DNA from: an uncultured Gemmatimonadales bacterium | GTDB lineage: Bacteria; Gemmatimonadota; Gemmatimonadetes; Gemmatimonadales; GWC2-71-9 | Reading direction: 5' to 3' | Assembly (NCBI GenBank): GCA_963842945.1 | Contig: CAWJIM010000006.1 | Location: 87,280-151,279, forward strand | Length of the DNA stretch: 64,000 bases | Shown here: positions 9,717 through 18,959 of the stretch, in pieces | Layout of the letters: every line of letters starts with the position of its first letter | Numbering within the stretch: the stretch's first letter is position 1 | Program-made: the position numbers and the translations under genes | Notes under the pieces: generated by a model | Seen by the model: the letters and a program-made list of their open reading frames with translations, nothing else | Told to the model about the DNA's origin: nothing | Databases searched by the model: none

Positions 9717-10954
9717 ACCGGCCGGAGGTCGGACGGGACGTGCTGCAGGTTTACCCGGATCCGGGTCCAGGTGGTGAAGCGGCCGCGCATGGAGTCGACC
9801 AGGACATCGGCGGGCTCCAGGTGTGAAGCGGCTTGAGGATGACGTTCCTTCCAGCGCTCGAGTCCGGCGAGCGCGTCTTCCTTCCGCTGGGCGCGACCGA
9901 TCTCGATCAGGGGAAACTTCGAAGTTCGGCGTTTGGAGGGCTGCACTCGGGCCGGCTCACCCTCCTGTTTCTGGTAGTGGGGAGGCCAGGGGGCATCGCC
10001 CAACCCCTCGCGCTCGTGTTCGGCCGACAGCTGCAACAGGGCCTCGAGTGATCCGGCGTGCTGGTCGATGGCGGCATGGCGGTCTCCAATGCTGGCAAAG
10101 CGGGCCGGCATGGTGGCCAGGGTAAAGTCACCGGGCTCGCAGGTCTCCACCTCTTCCCAGCTGAGCGGAGCCGACACCGGCGCTTCGGGTTTGGGGCGGA
10201 CCGAATAGGCCGAGGCTACGGTCCGGTCCTTGGCGTTCTGGTTGTAGTCCACGAATACCCCGTGCCGCTCCTCCTTCCACCATTTGCTGGTGGCGATGGC
10301 GGGCGCGCGCCGCTCCACCTCCCGGGCCAGCGCCAGAGCGGCACGCCGCACTTGATCGAAGTTCCACCGGCGCTCGATCCGCACATTCACATGGATGCCG
10401 CGCGAGCCCGAGGTCTTGGGCCATCCGGTCAGGCCGAAGTCCCGGAGCGTGTGGTTCACGATTCCGGCGACGTCACGCACCTGCTGCCAGCTCACTCCGG
10501 GGACCGGATCGAGGTCGACCCGGAGCTCATCGGGGTGCTCCAGATCGTCGGCCCGGACCGGATGAGGATGCAGCTCGAGGCAGCCGAGGTTGGCCAGCCA
10601 AGCCAGGGCCGCGGCGTCCCTCGGCACCACCTCATCGGCGCTCCGCCCCGAGGGAAAGCGGAGCGAGACCACCTCGATCCAGGGCGGCCGGGATTCCGGG
10701 GCACGCTTCTGATAGAAGTGCTCGCTGGCGATGCCGTTGGGGTAGCGCACCAGCATGTTCGGCCGGCCGCCGGCGCCCCGGAGGGCGCCGTCGGCCACGG
10801 CGAGATAGTAGCGCACTACGTCGAGCTTCGTGTACTTCCGCTCGGGAAAGAGCACCTTGCCCGGATTCGTGACTGCGACCTCGTGCTCCCCGATCACGAG
10901 CAGCTCGGGCCCGCTCCCCTTTGAGCTCGAGGACTTGCTCCTCGGTTTTGCCAT
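9671..10954 (-). CDS. LigD-type primase-polymerase (Prim-Pol) with a C-terminal extension, Prim-PolC-like
   Basis: Motifs VTNPGKVLFPE, ELHPHPVR, LRVDLDP and KTSGSRGIHVNV. An intact 427-aa ORF whose 3' end overlaps the ligase 3' end by 46 bp, in convergent orientation. Confidence 0.85.
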   Translation of the reverse strand: MAKPRSKSSSSKGSGPELLVIGEHEVAVTNPGKVLFPERKYTKLDVVRYYLAVADGALRGAGGRPNMLVRYPNGIASEHFYQKRAPESRPPWIEVVSLRFPSGRSADEVVPRDAAALAWLANLGCLELHPHPVRADDLEHPDELRVDLDPVPGVSWQQVRDVAGIVNHTLRDFGLTGWPKTSGSRGIHVNVRIERRWNFDQVRRAALALAREVERRAPAIATSKWWKEERHGVFVDYNQNAKDRTVASAYSVRPKPEAPVSAPLSWEEVETCEPGDFTLATMPARFASIGDRHAAIDQHAGSLEALLQLSAEHEREGLGDAPWPPHYQKQEGEPARVQPSKRRTSKFPLIEIGRAQRKEDALAGLERWKERHPQAASHLEPADVLVDSMRGRFTTWTRIRVNLQHVPSDLRPVQEPLDPDEKTFSKS

Positions 10955-10999
10955 ACCGGAAAGGATACTCTTGCCCGGGAACTCTGTCCCGGTCCCGGC

Positions 11000-12043
11000 T
11001 TACGGGATGTACAGCTCGCTTTCGTGCGGCTCCAGTGGCGGAGGGGGACCGGCTCCCTCACTTCCACCTACCGCCAGGAGGCGGAAGTTGCCGTTGAGGC
11101 TGACCCGAACCATGGCGTCGTGCGCATGCGCCGGTGCCGCCCGGGCGCTCCAGGTATTGGTCTCGGGGTTATAGGCGTAAGTGTGCAGCCCGTCGCCTCC
11201 GCTCACGGTCACGAAGAGCTTCCCTTGTATCACGTCGGCAATGGCCGCTCCAGCCGTGGGAATCGGAGCCAGCGACTTCCAGCTATTGGATCCGGGGTCA
11301 TACACGTCCAGATTGGCGACCGGATCGAAGTCGTGGAAGCCGCCGACAACGTAGAGCTTGCCATCGATGACTCCGGCTGCGCCTCTTCGGTGGTACTGCG
11401 GCGCCTGTCGCCGGCTGGTCCAGGTGTTCGCATCCGGGTCATAGCGGTAAAAGCGCCGGGTGGGCTCCTCGGCACAGTAGCCGGCGTTGGGATACTGGTC
11501 GCCGGAGCAGGCACCCGGAAGCACGTAGAGCTTGCCGGCAATCACGCCGGAAACTCCTTCGGCACCGAAGATGGGAAGATCCGCCTTCCTGCTCATCCGG
11601 TCCCTGCCGTAGTCATAGGCCCAGACTGCTTTGGTGAAACTGGAGGGCGTCTCGACCGCATTGTAGCCGCCGGTGAAGTAGATCCTGCTTCCCAGTTTCT
11701 CGGCTCCATTGGAGCCGAATACCCCGACCCGCGACATCATCCGGGTCCAGGTATCGGTGGCCGAATTGTAGGCCGTTACGCCAAAGCCGGTCCCCCCTTG
11801 ACCATCGGTGCCCCCCATGAGGTACACGATGGATTGGCCGGCGGAGTTGGGCGCCATGGCAGCAAAGGCGTCGAAGAGACCGGGAACCGGATAGGCGGCT
11901 TTAGGGGTCCAGCTGTTGACGGCACTTAGCGCCGCTGCGATGGGCGAGGCATCCTCGGAATCGGCGGGCTGAGTCGGGATATCGGCGGTGCAGCCCAGTA
12001 TCAGAAGTGCCCCGAGGCATGCAACGAGATTGAGAAGCTTCAT
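11000..12043 (-). CDS. Kelch-repeat lipoprotein
   Basis: Lipobox MKLLNLVACLGALLILGC. Repeated GKLYV/GGxxxxxxxxxxVxxYDPxxNxW units. ATG at 12043. Confidence 0.75.
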   Translation of the reverse strand: MKLLNLVACLGALLILGCTADIPTQPADSEDASPIAAALSAVNSWTPKAAYPVPGLFDAFAAMAPNSAGQSIVYLMGGTDGQGGTGFGVTAYNSATDTWTRMMSRVGVFGSNGAEKLGSRIYFTGGYNAVETPSSFTKAVWAYDYGRDRMSRKADLPIFGAEGVSGVIAGKLYVLPGACSGDQYPNAGYCAEEPTRRFYRYDPDANTWTSRRQAPQYHRRGAAGVIDGKLYVVGGFHDFDPVANLDVYDPGSNSWKSLAPIPTAGAAIADVIQGKLFVTVSGGDGLHTYAYNPETNTWSARAAPAHAHDAMVRVSLNGNFRLLAVGGSEGAGPPPPLEPHESELYIP

Positions 12044-12108
12044 GGACCTGCTCCTTTCGAGAAGCGGTCGCGCTGGAGTCCAGGAGATGTGATTCTTGCG
12101 GCGCAGGA

Positions 12109-12909
12109 TCAAGCAGCAGTCAAGCCGATTATTAACCAGAGTCCCCAGCCGATCAGCAGCAGGGCGGCCGCCCGACCCACCAGTCGCCCTCGGGGGAGGA
12201 GCTTCTCGACCAGCACGAACACCGCGATGGCAATGACCCAGAGCAGGTTCATCACCCCCGCGACGAAAAGCAGCGCCATCAAGGCCCAGCAGCAGCCTAC
12301 GCAGTAGGTCCCATGCTCGAGTCCCATCAGGAGGGCACCCCAACTGCCCTCCCGCCAGTGATCGCTGAAGAACCCCAGGGGAGAGCGGCAGTGAGAGAGG
12401 CACGCTCCCTTGGCCGGCAGCCACTGATAGATGCCCGCCAGGAGGAGAAGTCCTCCACCCAGGAGCGGGCTTGCGGCGGCCATGGCCGGAGAGAGGAGGG
12501 CAAGCCGGTGCAGCTGCCACTGCGTGGTCGCGGCGATCGTGGCGTACAACGCCCAAACCAGCAGGTACCCCAGGGTAAACACCGCGGCGGACGCGGTGGG
12601 CACGTTGCGGATCTTGCGCTGCCGTGCGACGCCGGCAAAGAGCAGAATCATGGGAGCGGCCGATGGGATCATCATTGCCACCATCATCACGATCCACATC
12701 GGCACCAGCCAGGAGAGCTGCGGCCCGCTGGACTCAGCGGGCAGCGGCATCGCCATGCCAGCCGGCATTGCGGAGGACATCGTGCGACTCATGTGGATGA
12801 TGTATCCCCAGGCCAGGGCGGCAAGGAAGGCGAGGCCGCCGGCGACAACCAGCCGATCCCGGCGGAGGATCTGGTCAATGAGCCCCGGGCCGGCCGTGGT
12901 GCTGCTCAT
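12109..12909 (-). CDS. DUF2182 family integral membrane protein
   Basis: Multi-TM protein with the Met-rich MWIVMMVAMMIPSAAPM and the LSHCRSPLGFF / GTYCVGCCWALMAL motifs typical of DUF2182. Confidence 0.75.
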   Translation of the reverse strand: MSSTTAGPGLIDQILRRDRLVVAGGLAFLAALAWGYIIHMSRTMSSAMPAGMAMPLPAESSGPQLSWLVPMWIVMMVAMMIPSAAPMILLFAGVARQRKIRNVPTASAAVFTLGYLLVWALYATIAATTQWQLHRLALLSPAMAAASPLLGGGLLLLAGIYQWLPAKGACLSHCRSPLGFFSDHWREGSWGALLMGLEHGTYCVGCCWALMALLFVAGVMNLLWVIAIAVFVLVEKLLPRGRLVGRAAALLLIGWGLWLIIGLTAA

Positions 12910-12918
12910 CAGGGGAAG

Positions 12919-13545
12919 CTACCGCTGATTGGTCCAGGTCGTGATGGCGTAGCTGGCGAATCCGCCCCCGTGGCGGAACTTGAACGGACCGTAATTGACC
13001 TCGAGCGCCTCGGTGGTCGCGATGTTGCCCGTGTTCCAGAAGAAGCCACCCTTGGGATAGACGATCTGCACCTCCTTGTCCTGACCCGACACGGCATCGC
13101 GAATGGGAGTTTGCCTGAGCTCCAGCACGCCGGGAATTCGATAGCTCGAGCGGGTGCCGTTCACCTTCATCTCGATCGGCTTGCGTACCGGTCCCTCCAG
13201 CACCGCGATCGTCCCTGCCAGTGCCTCAAACGGCATCCCTCCAGCCTGGCCCGAGAGAATCATGGCGATCGCCTCGGCCTGCTTGTCGCTGGCCTTGTCG
13301 TCGATGAACACCGCGACCTTCCCGTTCCCCTGGTGGATGGCCTTGGGATAGTCGATGGCCAGCACATAGCGGACTCCATTGAGCACAACATCGCCGTACT
13401 TCCCTTCCTTTACTTCTCCTCCGATCAGTGCCTCACAGCCTCCGTCGTTGGAGGTGGGGAAGCCGGAAAACTGGCAGCCGCAGGCGGTGTCGCAGTTACA
13501 GGCTTCGATGTTGTGAACCGTAATCCGGTAAGGCACGGGCGCCAT
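12919..13545 (-). CDS. DUF1326 family protein
   Basis: N-terminal Cys cluster ACNCDTACGCQFSGFP. Lies immediately upstream of DUF2182, which is a known conserved pair. Confidence 0.75.
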   Translation of the reverse strand: MAPVPYRITVHNIEACNCDTACGCQFSGFPTSNDGGCEALIGGEVKEGKYGDVVLNGVRYVLAIDYPKAIHQGNGKVAVFIDDKASDKQAEAIAMILSGQAGGMPFEALAGTIAVLEGPVRKPIEMKVNGTRSSYRIPGVLELRQTPIRDAVSGQDKEVQIVYPKGGFFWNTGNIATTEALEVNYGPFKFRHGGGFASYAITTWTNQR

Positions 13546-13774
13546 CTGTCTGTCTCCTGACGAAACGAGTGATAAGACCGGCACGCGCAAGGATACCCAC
13601 CAGGTTGGCCGAGCACCTGGTTGACGATCCCAGATAGATATGTCGGTTGGGATGCGCGGGGAAGAACGGCTGGAGGATATCCCGGGGCGGTAGGTGATTC
13701 CGGCGGGGTGTGGGCCGAGCAGCTCGGGTCCGCGTGGTATCGAAGCTGCGGACCCAGAGCTGCCCGTCGCCGGA

Positions 13775-14303
13775 CTATTTCTTGACCTCGAGCTGTACGA
13801 CCTCGGGATGGCCGTAGGCCCCCATCCCCAGGGTCTTCGTGATCTCCACGGCGTTCGGCTGCGTGGTTACGATGAGCAGCGCCGATTCGCTGGGATTGAA
13901 CATGCCTAAGACTTTTTTCAGATCCTCTTCCGACAAGCGTGTGGCCCCGGCCTTTACTGCGTAAGCCTGAGCCGAATCGGTGCTCGCTCAGGCGCGCGAT
14001 CGCGCTGTCTACCGTCTGGCTTGACTGGACGCCGGTGACGGAATTGCCCCTATGGTGCCTCATCCGGGTGTCCACTTTCCCTTCCGAATCCTTGATGAGC
14101 ACGGCGTAGGCTTCGATCTGGTCCTTGGCCGAGTTACTCATGCGCTTCACAGCGCTCTCGGCTCCGGTTGTATCATGCCAAACCGCGAAGACCAGCTTGA
14201 CCGGCGCCTCGGACTGGGCCTGTAGTGACCACGGACTGGCAACCAGTAGAGATGAGGCAAGTGAAAGGTACAACGCGCGATAGGTGCTCATGCTCTTCTC
14301 CAT
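13775..14303 (-). pseudogene. Secreted protein of unknown function, paralog A (paralog of 34575..35106), with one frame disruption near 13985
   Basis: Signal peptide MSTYRALYLSLASSLLVASPWSLQAQS. After IARLS the homologous text continues in another frame as STDSAQAYAVKAGATRLSEEDLKKVLGMFNPSESALLIV...VVQLEVKK*. Confidence 0.6.
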
Positions 14304-14368
14304 CAGGTTGGGAATCGGGGGGATGGACTGCACGCCGTGTCCAATTTAGGAACAGAAAACGAGTTCCA

Positions 14369-14389
14369 CACCTCGATGTTAGTGCAGGT
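14369..14389 (-). promoter_or_regulatory. Conserved box upstream of secreted paralog A (shared with 35185..35205)
   Basis: CACCTCGATGTTAGTGCAGGT here versus CACCTCGATGTTAGTGTAGGT at the other locus. Both lie about 65-100 nt upstream of the start codons. Confidence 0.35.
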
Positions 14390-14495
14390 ATCCGATTGAC
14401 CTAGCCTTTCGTGTAGTTGGCCGCCCTTCCAGCGCTCCCCATATTTGCCCCATATTGGGTTTTTTCCTGACTCTAGTCTGACGAGACCTCGTGTG

Positions 14496-15176
14496 ATGCG
14501 CTCATCCACGCGTAACTGGTGCGTCCGCTACGGCCTTCTGCTGCTTTGCTTTCTCCCCCTGATAGCGTTAGGCACCGCCTGCCATCCCGGCGAACCGACC
14601 GGACCTGCCCAGCTGGATGTCGTCGCTACCGCCCACGACGACACGGTGAACTTCGCCAGCATCGGAACATTCGTCATGCCGGACTCCGTGGTCGAGATTG
14701 TCCCTCCGGAAAGCGTGGCCACCACTCTGCCCTTCGATCACACCTACGATCAGCTGATTCTCGATGGTGTTGCCGCTCAAATGGCCACTCTGGGCTACAC
14801 CCGGCTTCCGAGTTTCGATCCCAACAACCCGCCCGACGTAGCGGTGTTAATCAAAGCGGTTGCGGTCAGAAATACCGACATCTATGTCAGCTATCCGTGG
14901 TGGGGCTACTGGGGATGGTACGGTTGGCCTTGCTGCTACGGCCCAGGCTGGGGGGTCGGATATCCCGTGGTGAGCGCGTCGCAGTATGACGTTGGTACCA
15001 TTGCGATCGACATGTGGGACCTTCGGCGAAGCGACGTAGTAGCGCAAACAGTACCGGCTATCTGGACCGCCGCGCTTCGAGGACTGCTCGAAGGCTCTGC
15101 AACCGATGCCCCGTTTCGCATAGACCAGGCCATCGATCGCGCCTTTGCTCAGTCACCCTATCTCGGCCATCCGTAG
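14496..15176 (+). CDS. DUF4136-like lipoprotein
   Basis: Lipobox LLLCFLPLIALGTAC, an aromatic/Gly-rich loop WWGYWGWYGWPCCYGPGWG, and a family-like C-terminal half. Confidence 0.55.
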   Translation: MRSSTRNWCVRYGLLLLCFLPLIALGTACHPGEPTGPAQLDVVATAHDDTVNFASIGTFVMPDSVVEIVPPESVATTLPFDHTYDQLILDGVAAQMATLGYTRLPSFDPNNPPDVAVLIKAVAVRNTDIYVSYPWWGYWGWYGWPCCYGPGWGVGYPVVSASQYDVGTIAIDMWDLRRSDVVAQTVPAIWTAALRGLLEGSATDAPFRIDQAIDRAFAQSPYLGHP

Positions 15177-15191
15177 AGGAGCAGACACACC

Positions 15192-15794
15192 ATGCGAGCA
15201 ATCCGCCGGATCATGGCGTTTGCCCTTCTGCCCGCGGTCCTCAGTGTGTCGCCGGCCTCCGCACAATGGTGGACGGCAATCAGTTATCAGCCTGCCCAGC
15301 CAATGGCAAACACCCAGGAGTTTACCGATGCATTTGCCTGGCGGGGCATAGGGCTCGACTTCAAAAAGCAGATGAATGACAACGTGGCGCTGGGTCTCAG
15401 CTTCGCGTGGCAGGTGTTCGACCAACAGACCGACGAGGTGGTATCGGCGTTCGGGGTGGACATAAGCGGGGATCAGTTCCGTTACGTGAACTCCTTTCCG
15501 ATGCTGGCCAACGTCTCCTACTTTCTCGGCAGTCCGGGTAACGTCCGGCCGTATCTCGCTGCCAACGTAGGGACCATTGTCCTGGAGCAACGTATGGATG
15601 TCGGTCTGTACTCGATCCACGAGACGAACTGGCACTTCGGCTTTGGCCCCGAAGCCGGGCTTGCCATTCCGGTTCGCCCCGGACTGGCCGCGGTGCTGAG
15701 CAGCCGATACAACTACGCACTGTCCGCTGGAAACGTCGACGACCAGTCGTACGTGAGCTTCGGCCTCGGTCTCGCGTGGACTCACGGATACTGA
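15192..15794 (+). CDS. Outer-membrane beta-barrel protein (OmpW/porin-like small barrel)
   Basis: Signal peptide ending SPASAQ, alternating beta-strand pattern, and the C-terminal residues GLGLAWTHGY. Confidence 0.65.
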   Translation: MRAIRRIMAFALLPAVLSVSPASAQWWTAISYQPAQPMANTQEFTDAFAWRGIGLDFKKQMNDNVALGLSFAWQVFDQQTDEVVSAFGVDISGDQFRYVNSFPMLANVSYFLGSPGNVRPYLAANVGTIVLEQRMDVGLYSIHETNWHFGFGPEAGLAIPVRPGLAAVLSSRYNYALSAGNVDDQSYVSFGLGLAWTHGY

Positions 15795-15936
15795 TGTGCC
15801 TGGGTTAGCCTCCCGAGAGTAAGGCAGCTCGTCCATTCATCTCGACTCACCCACAGCCAGGTAGGACACCACGGTCTCTGCCATCCGCCCCATTCAGTCG
15901 ATATTCCATCCGTCTGACTTCTCCGAAGGCAGCGAG

Positions 15937-16716
15937 GTGGCGTTTGCGCACGCGCTCAAGATCGCGCTCGCTGCCCAAGCCGGACTCGACATGCTCCACG
16001 TTTCGGAACAGCGGAATCAGAGCTGGACCGAATTCCCGGGTGTCCGCGAAACACTCGAGCGTTGGCAGCTGTTGCCTCCCAACAGCCCGCGCAAGGCGGT
16101 AGCCTCGCTGGGAATCGATGTGCGGAAGGTCGTGAAGAAGGACTCCGATCCGGTCCGGGCGGCGGAGCGGTTCCTCGAGAAAAACCCGACCGATCTGGTG
16201 GTGCTTGCGGCGCACGCCCAGCAGGGTCATATGCGCTGGACTCGCAGCTCGGTGTCTCAACCGATTGCCCGGGCAGCGGCGGCGGCTACGCTCTTCCTCC
16301 CGTATGGAACTCAGGGCTTCGTATCCCAGGCCGATGGGAGCTCTTCTCTTCGGAGCATCCTGCTGCCGGTTGACACGGCACCCCGGCCGGAGCCGGCAAT
16401 GGAAGCCGCCTGGCGGCTGGCGTGGGCCCTCCACTGTCCGGAGGTCACCTTCACTCTGCTGCATGTGGGCCGAGCCGAAATCCCTTCCGTCGAGGCCGAG
16501 GAGCAGCCCGGCTGGACCTGGAAGAAGGTGACCCGGGACGGCGACGTGGTGGATGCTATCGTTGCCGTGGCCGGCGAGTGCGCGGCGGACCTCATTGTCA
16601 TGACCACGGCCGGGCGCAACGGTTTCCTCGACGCCCTGCGGGGATCCACGACCGAGCGCGTGTTGCGCAGCGGAGTCGCACCGCTCCTCGCTATTCCAGC
16701 CGCCGCGCTGATGTAA
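15937..16716 (+). CDS. Tandem universal stress protein (UspA-like)
   Basis: Two USP halves: VVLAAHAQQG and DLIVMTTAGRNGFLDALRGSTTERVL. Homology-like text (IFHPSDFSEGSE) extends upstream to about 15865 without a canonical start codon. Confidence 0.7.
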   Translation: MAFAHALKIALAAQAGLDMLHVSEQRNQSWTEFPGVRETLERWQLLPPNSPRKAVASLGIDVRKVVKKDSDPVRAAERFLEKNPTDLVVLAAHAQQGHMRWTRSSVSQPIARAAAAATLFLPYGTQGFVSQADGSSSLRSILLPVDTAPRPEPAMEAAWRLAWALHCPEVTFTLLHVGRAEIPSVEAEEQPGWTWKKVTRDGDVVDAIVAVAGECAADLIVMTTAGRNGFLDALRGSTTERVLRSGVAPLLAIPAAALM

Positions 16717-16725
16717 GGACTGGCC

Positions 16726-18033
16726 TTGCCTACTCGCCGGCTCGCGGCTGCCCTCGCCGGCCTTGCTATTCTCGGTGCAGGGGCCTGGATGGTCCTGACC
16801 GTGGGCAGCCCTTTCCCTCCACATACGCTCATAATGGTCACCGGCCCAAGGGCAGCGCCTACGATGAGCTCGGGGTCCGCTACCAGGAGGTGCTCCGGCG
16901 CGCGGGGATCGATCTGCAGGTGATTCGCACTGAGGGCGGGGTGAAGAACCTCGCACGCCTGCAGGACCCTGCGGGCGAAGTGAAGGTTGGCTTCCTGGAG
17001 AGCGGACTGACGAACCAGAAGGAGTCGCCCGAGCTGGTTTCACTCGGCACGGTCTCGCTCGAACCGCTTTGGTCCTTCTTCCGCGGCGGAACGCAGGGAA
17101 ACGGAGCCCGAGCAAAGCTCACGAGCAAACGCATCTCCATCGAGCCCGAAGGCAGCGCGACGCGGGTCCTGGCTCGACGGCTGCTGGCGCTCAACGGTGT
17201 GGCCGAGACGAGCGTCGTGTTGCTCGGCCTCCCTCCGGAGCAAAGCGCCGAAGCGTTATTGCGTGGGGAAATCGACGGCGCCGTAATGCTGAGCTCGTGG
17301 CAGTCGCCGGTGGTGCGGAAGCTTCTGGTGGCCGACGGCGTTGTGCTCGAGAGCTATCCCCGCGCAGACGCATACGTCGCGCTGTTTCCCAGCCTCTATA
17401 AGGTGGTGCTCCCCACCGGCGTCGCAGACCTGGCGAGGAATATCCCGCCGCGGGACGTGACCCTGCTCGCCGTTGAGACAAGTTTGGTGGTGCGGAAGAA
17501 CCTCCACCCTGGGCTGCAGTACCTGCTACTCGAGGCTGCCTCCGAGATCCATGGCGGCCCGGAGATCTTCCACAAGGCCGGCCGATTCCCTGCTGCCGAG
17601 GCGGTCAACCTGCCCTTGAGTACCCAGGCACGGGAGTTCTATCAGTCGGGCCTGCCGTTCGTCTATCAGGTGCTGCCGCTGTGGTTGGCGGGCATAACCC
17701 AGCGGCTACTGATCCTCCTGATTCCGCTGTTTGTCATCGTCTTTCCTGCGGTCCGGTTCCTGCCCGCCATCTACTCATACATGATCGAGCGCCGGATCTA
17801 CAAACTCTATGGCGAGCTAATGATGCTGGAAGCGGAGTTGGACCGGGCCGGGCTCTGGCCCACCCCCATACGATCTGGTCGCAGGGCTGGAAGACCTGGG
17901 GAGGCGGGCGAACCGCCTGTCGGTCCCGCTGAGCTTCACCCAGCGGCTGTTCATCCTGAAGAGCCATATTGCCCAGGCCAGGGACGAGGTGGAGAAGCGG
18001 CAAGGAGGAGTGCCCGCCGGTGCCAGGGGGTAA
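16726..18033 (+). pseudogene. TAXI-family (TRAP-associated) solute-binding protein with a C-terminal membrane anchor and two frame disruptions (about 16845 and 17851)
   Basis: The N-terminus MPTRRLAAALAGLAILGAG...IMVTGP continues in another frame as KGSAYDELGVRYQEVL. The C-terminus ELDRAG continues as SGPPPYDLVAGLEDLGRRANRLSVPLSFTQRLFILKSHIAQARDEV. Confidence 0.7.
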
Positions 18034-18343
18034 GGCTAGCTGAGAACAGACGATCAGGCCGATGGCTAGGAAGGCTTATTCGCCAGCGGGAGTGAGACGA
18101 TCACGGTGGCGCCCCGGTCTGGATTGTTGACCGCTGCACATGGGAGCACGTATGCGGTGAACAATGACAAAAGGCGCGGAAGAACTTCATACCGCCTCGC
18201 ACTAGTCTGCGGGACCATTGAGCGGTTCGGTGATGTATACCAAAGTCCAGTGCCTTCATGAGCGCCGGGCGCAGACATTTGGTCTGGTCAAATATCGGCG
18301 GGGCGTTCCTGCTGGGGCTGCCCCTCACTCTGGAGGAATAGCG

Positions 18344-18847
18344 ATGCACCGCATTCTGGCATGGCTCGTAGCCTCATGTCTGGTTGTCAGTTCTGCGCAG
18401 GCTCAAAGTACCGCCCAGCAGGCATCGACCACCACACCCTCATCCGCGTCCAGCGAAGAGGTGCTGAAAAACCTGCGGGCGGACATGCAGAGCAGTAGGG
18501 CAGACATCATGGCCAAAAACCTGACGCTCAGCGCCGATCAGGCGGCCAAGTTCTGGCCGGTTTTCGAGGCCTATCAGAAGCAGCAGAACACTATCATGGA
18601 CGCCCAGCTCAAGGATCTGCAAAAGTACGTGGAAGGCTATAAGACGCTGGACGACGCCGGGGCACTCGCCCTCATGAGCGCGCATCTGGAGCGGGACGCC
18701 AAGATGACCGCCTTGCGGCAAAAGTGGCTGGGCGAATTCCAGAAGGTATTGCCCACGAAGCTCGCCGTGCGAGCGATGCAGATCGACCGACGACTCTCTC
18801 TGCTGGCCCAGATGGAGGTCTCCGGCCAAATTCCGTTGGTGCACTGA
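18344..18847 (+). CDS. Hypothetical periplasmic helical protein (possibly Spy/CpxP-like)
   Basis: Signal peptide MHRILAWLVASCLVVSSAQAQ and an LTLSADQ motif. Family assignment is weak. Confidence 0.45.
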   Translation: MHRILAWLVASCLVVSSAQAQSTAQQASTTTPSSASSEEVLKNLRADMQSSRADIMAKNLTLSADQAAKFWPVFEAYQKQQNTIMDAQLKDLQKYVEGYKTLDDAGALALMSAHLERDAKMTALRQKWLGEFQKVLPTKLAVRAMQIDRRLSLLAQMEVSGQIPLVH

Positions 18848-18959
18848 GGCATCGCTCGGCCTCTGACCCATCTCCGCCGAACAGGCGAGGCGCCACACCA
18901 GGTACGCTGATGTGGCGCCTCTTGCTTTACCGCCGCGCAAACAGCAGCGGCACCCTCCC

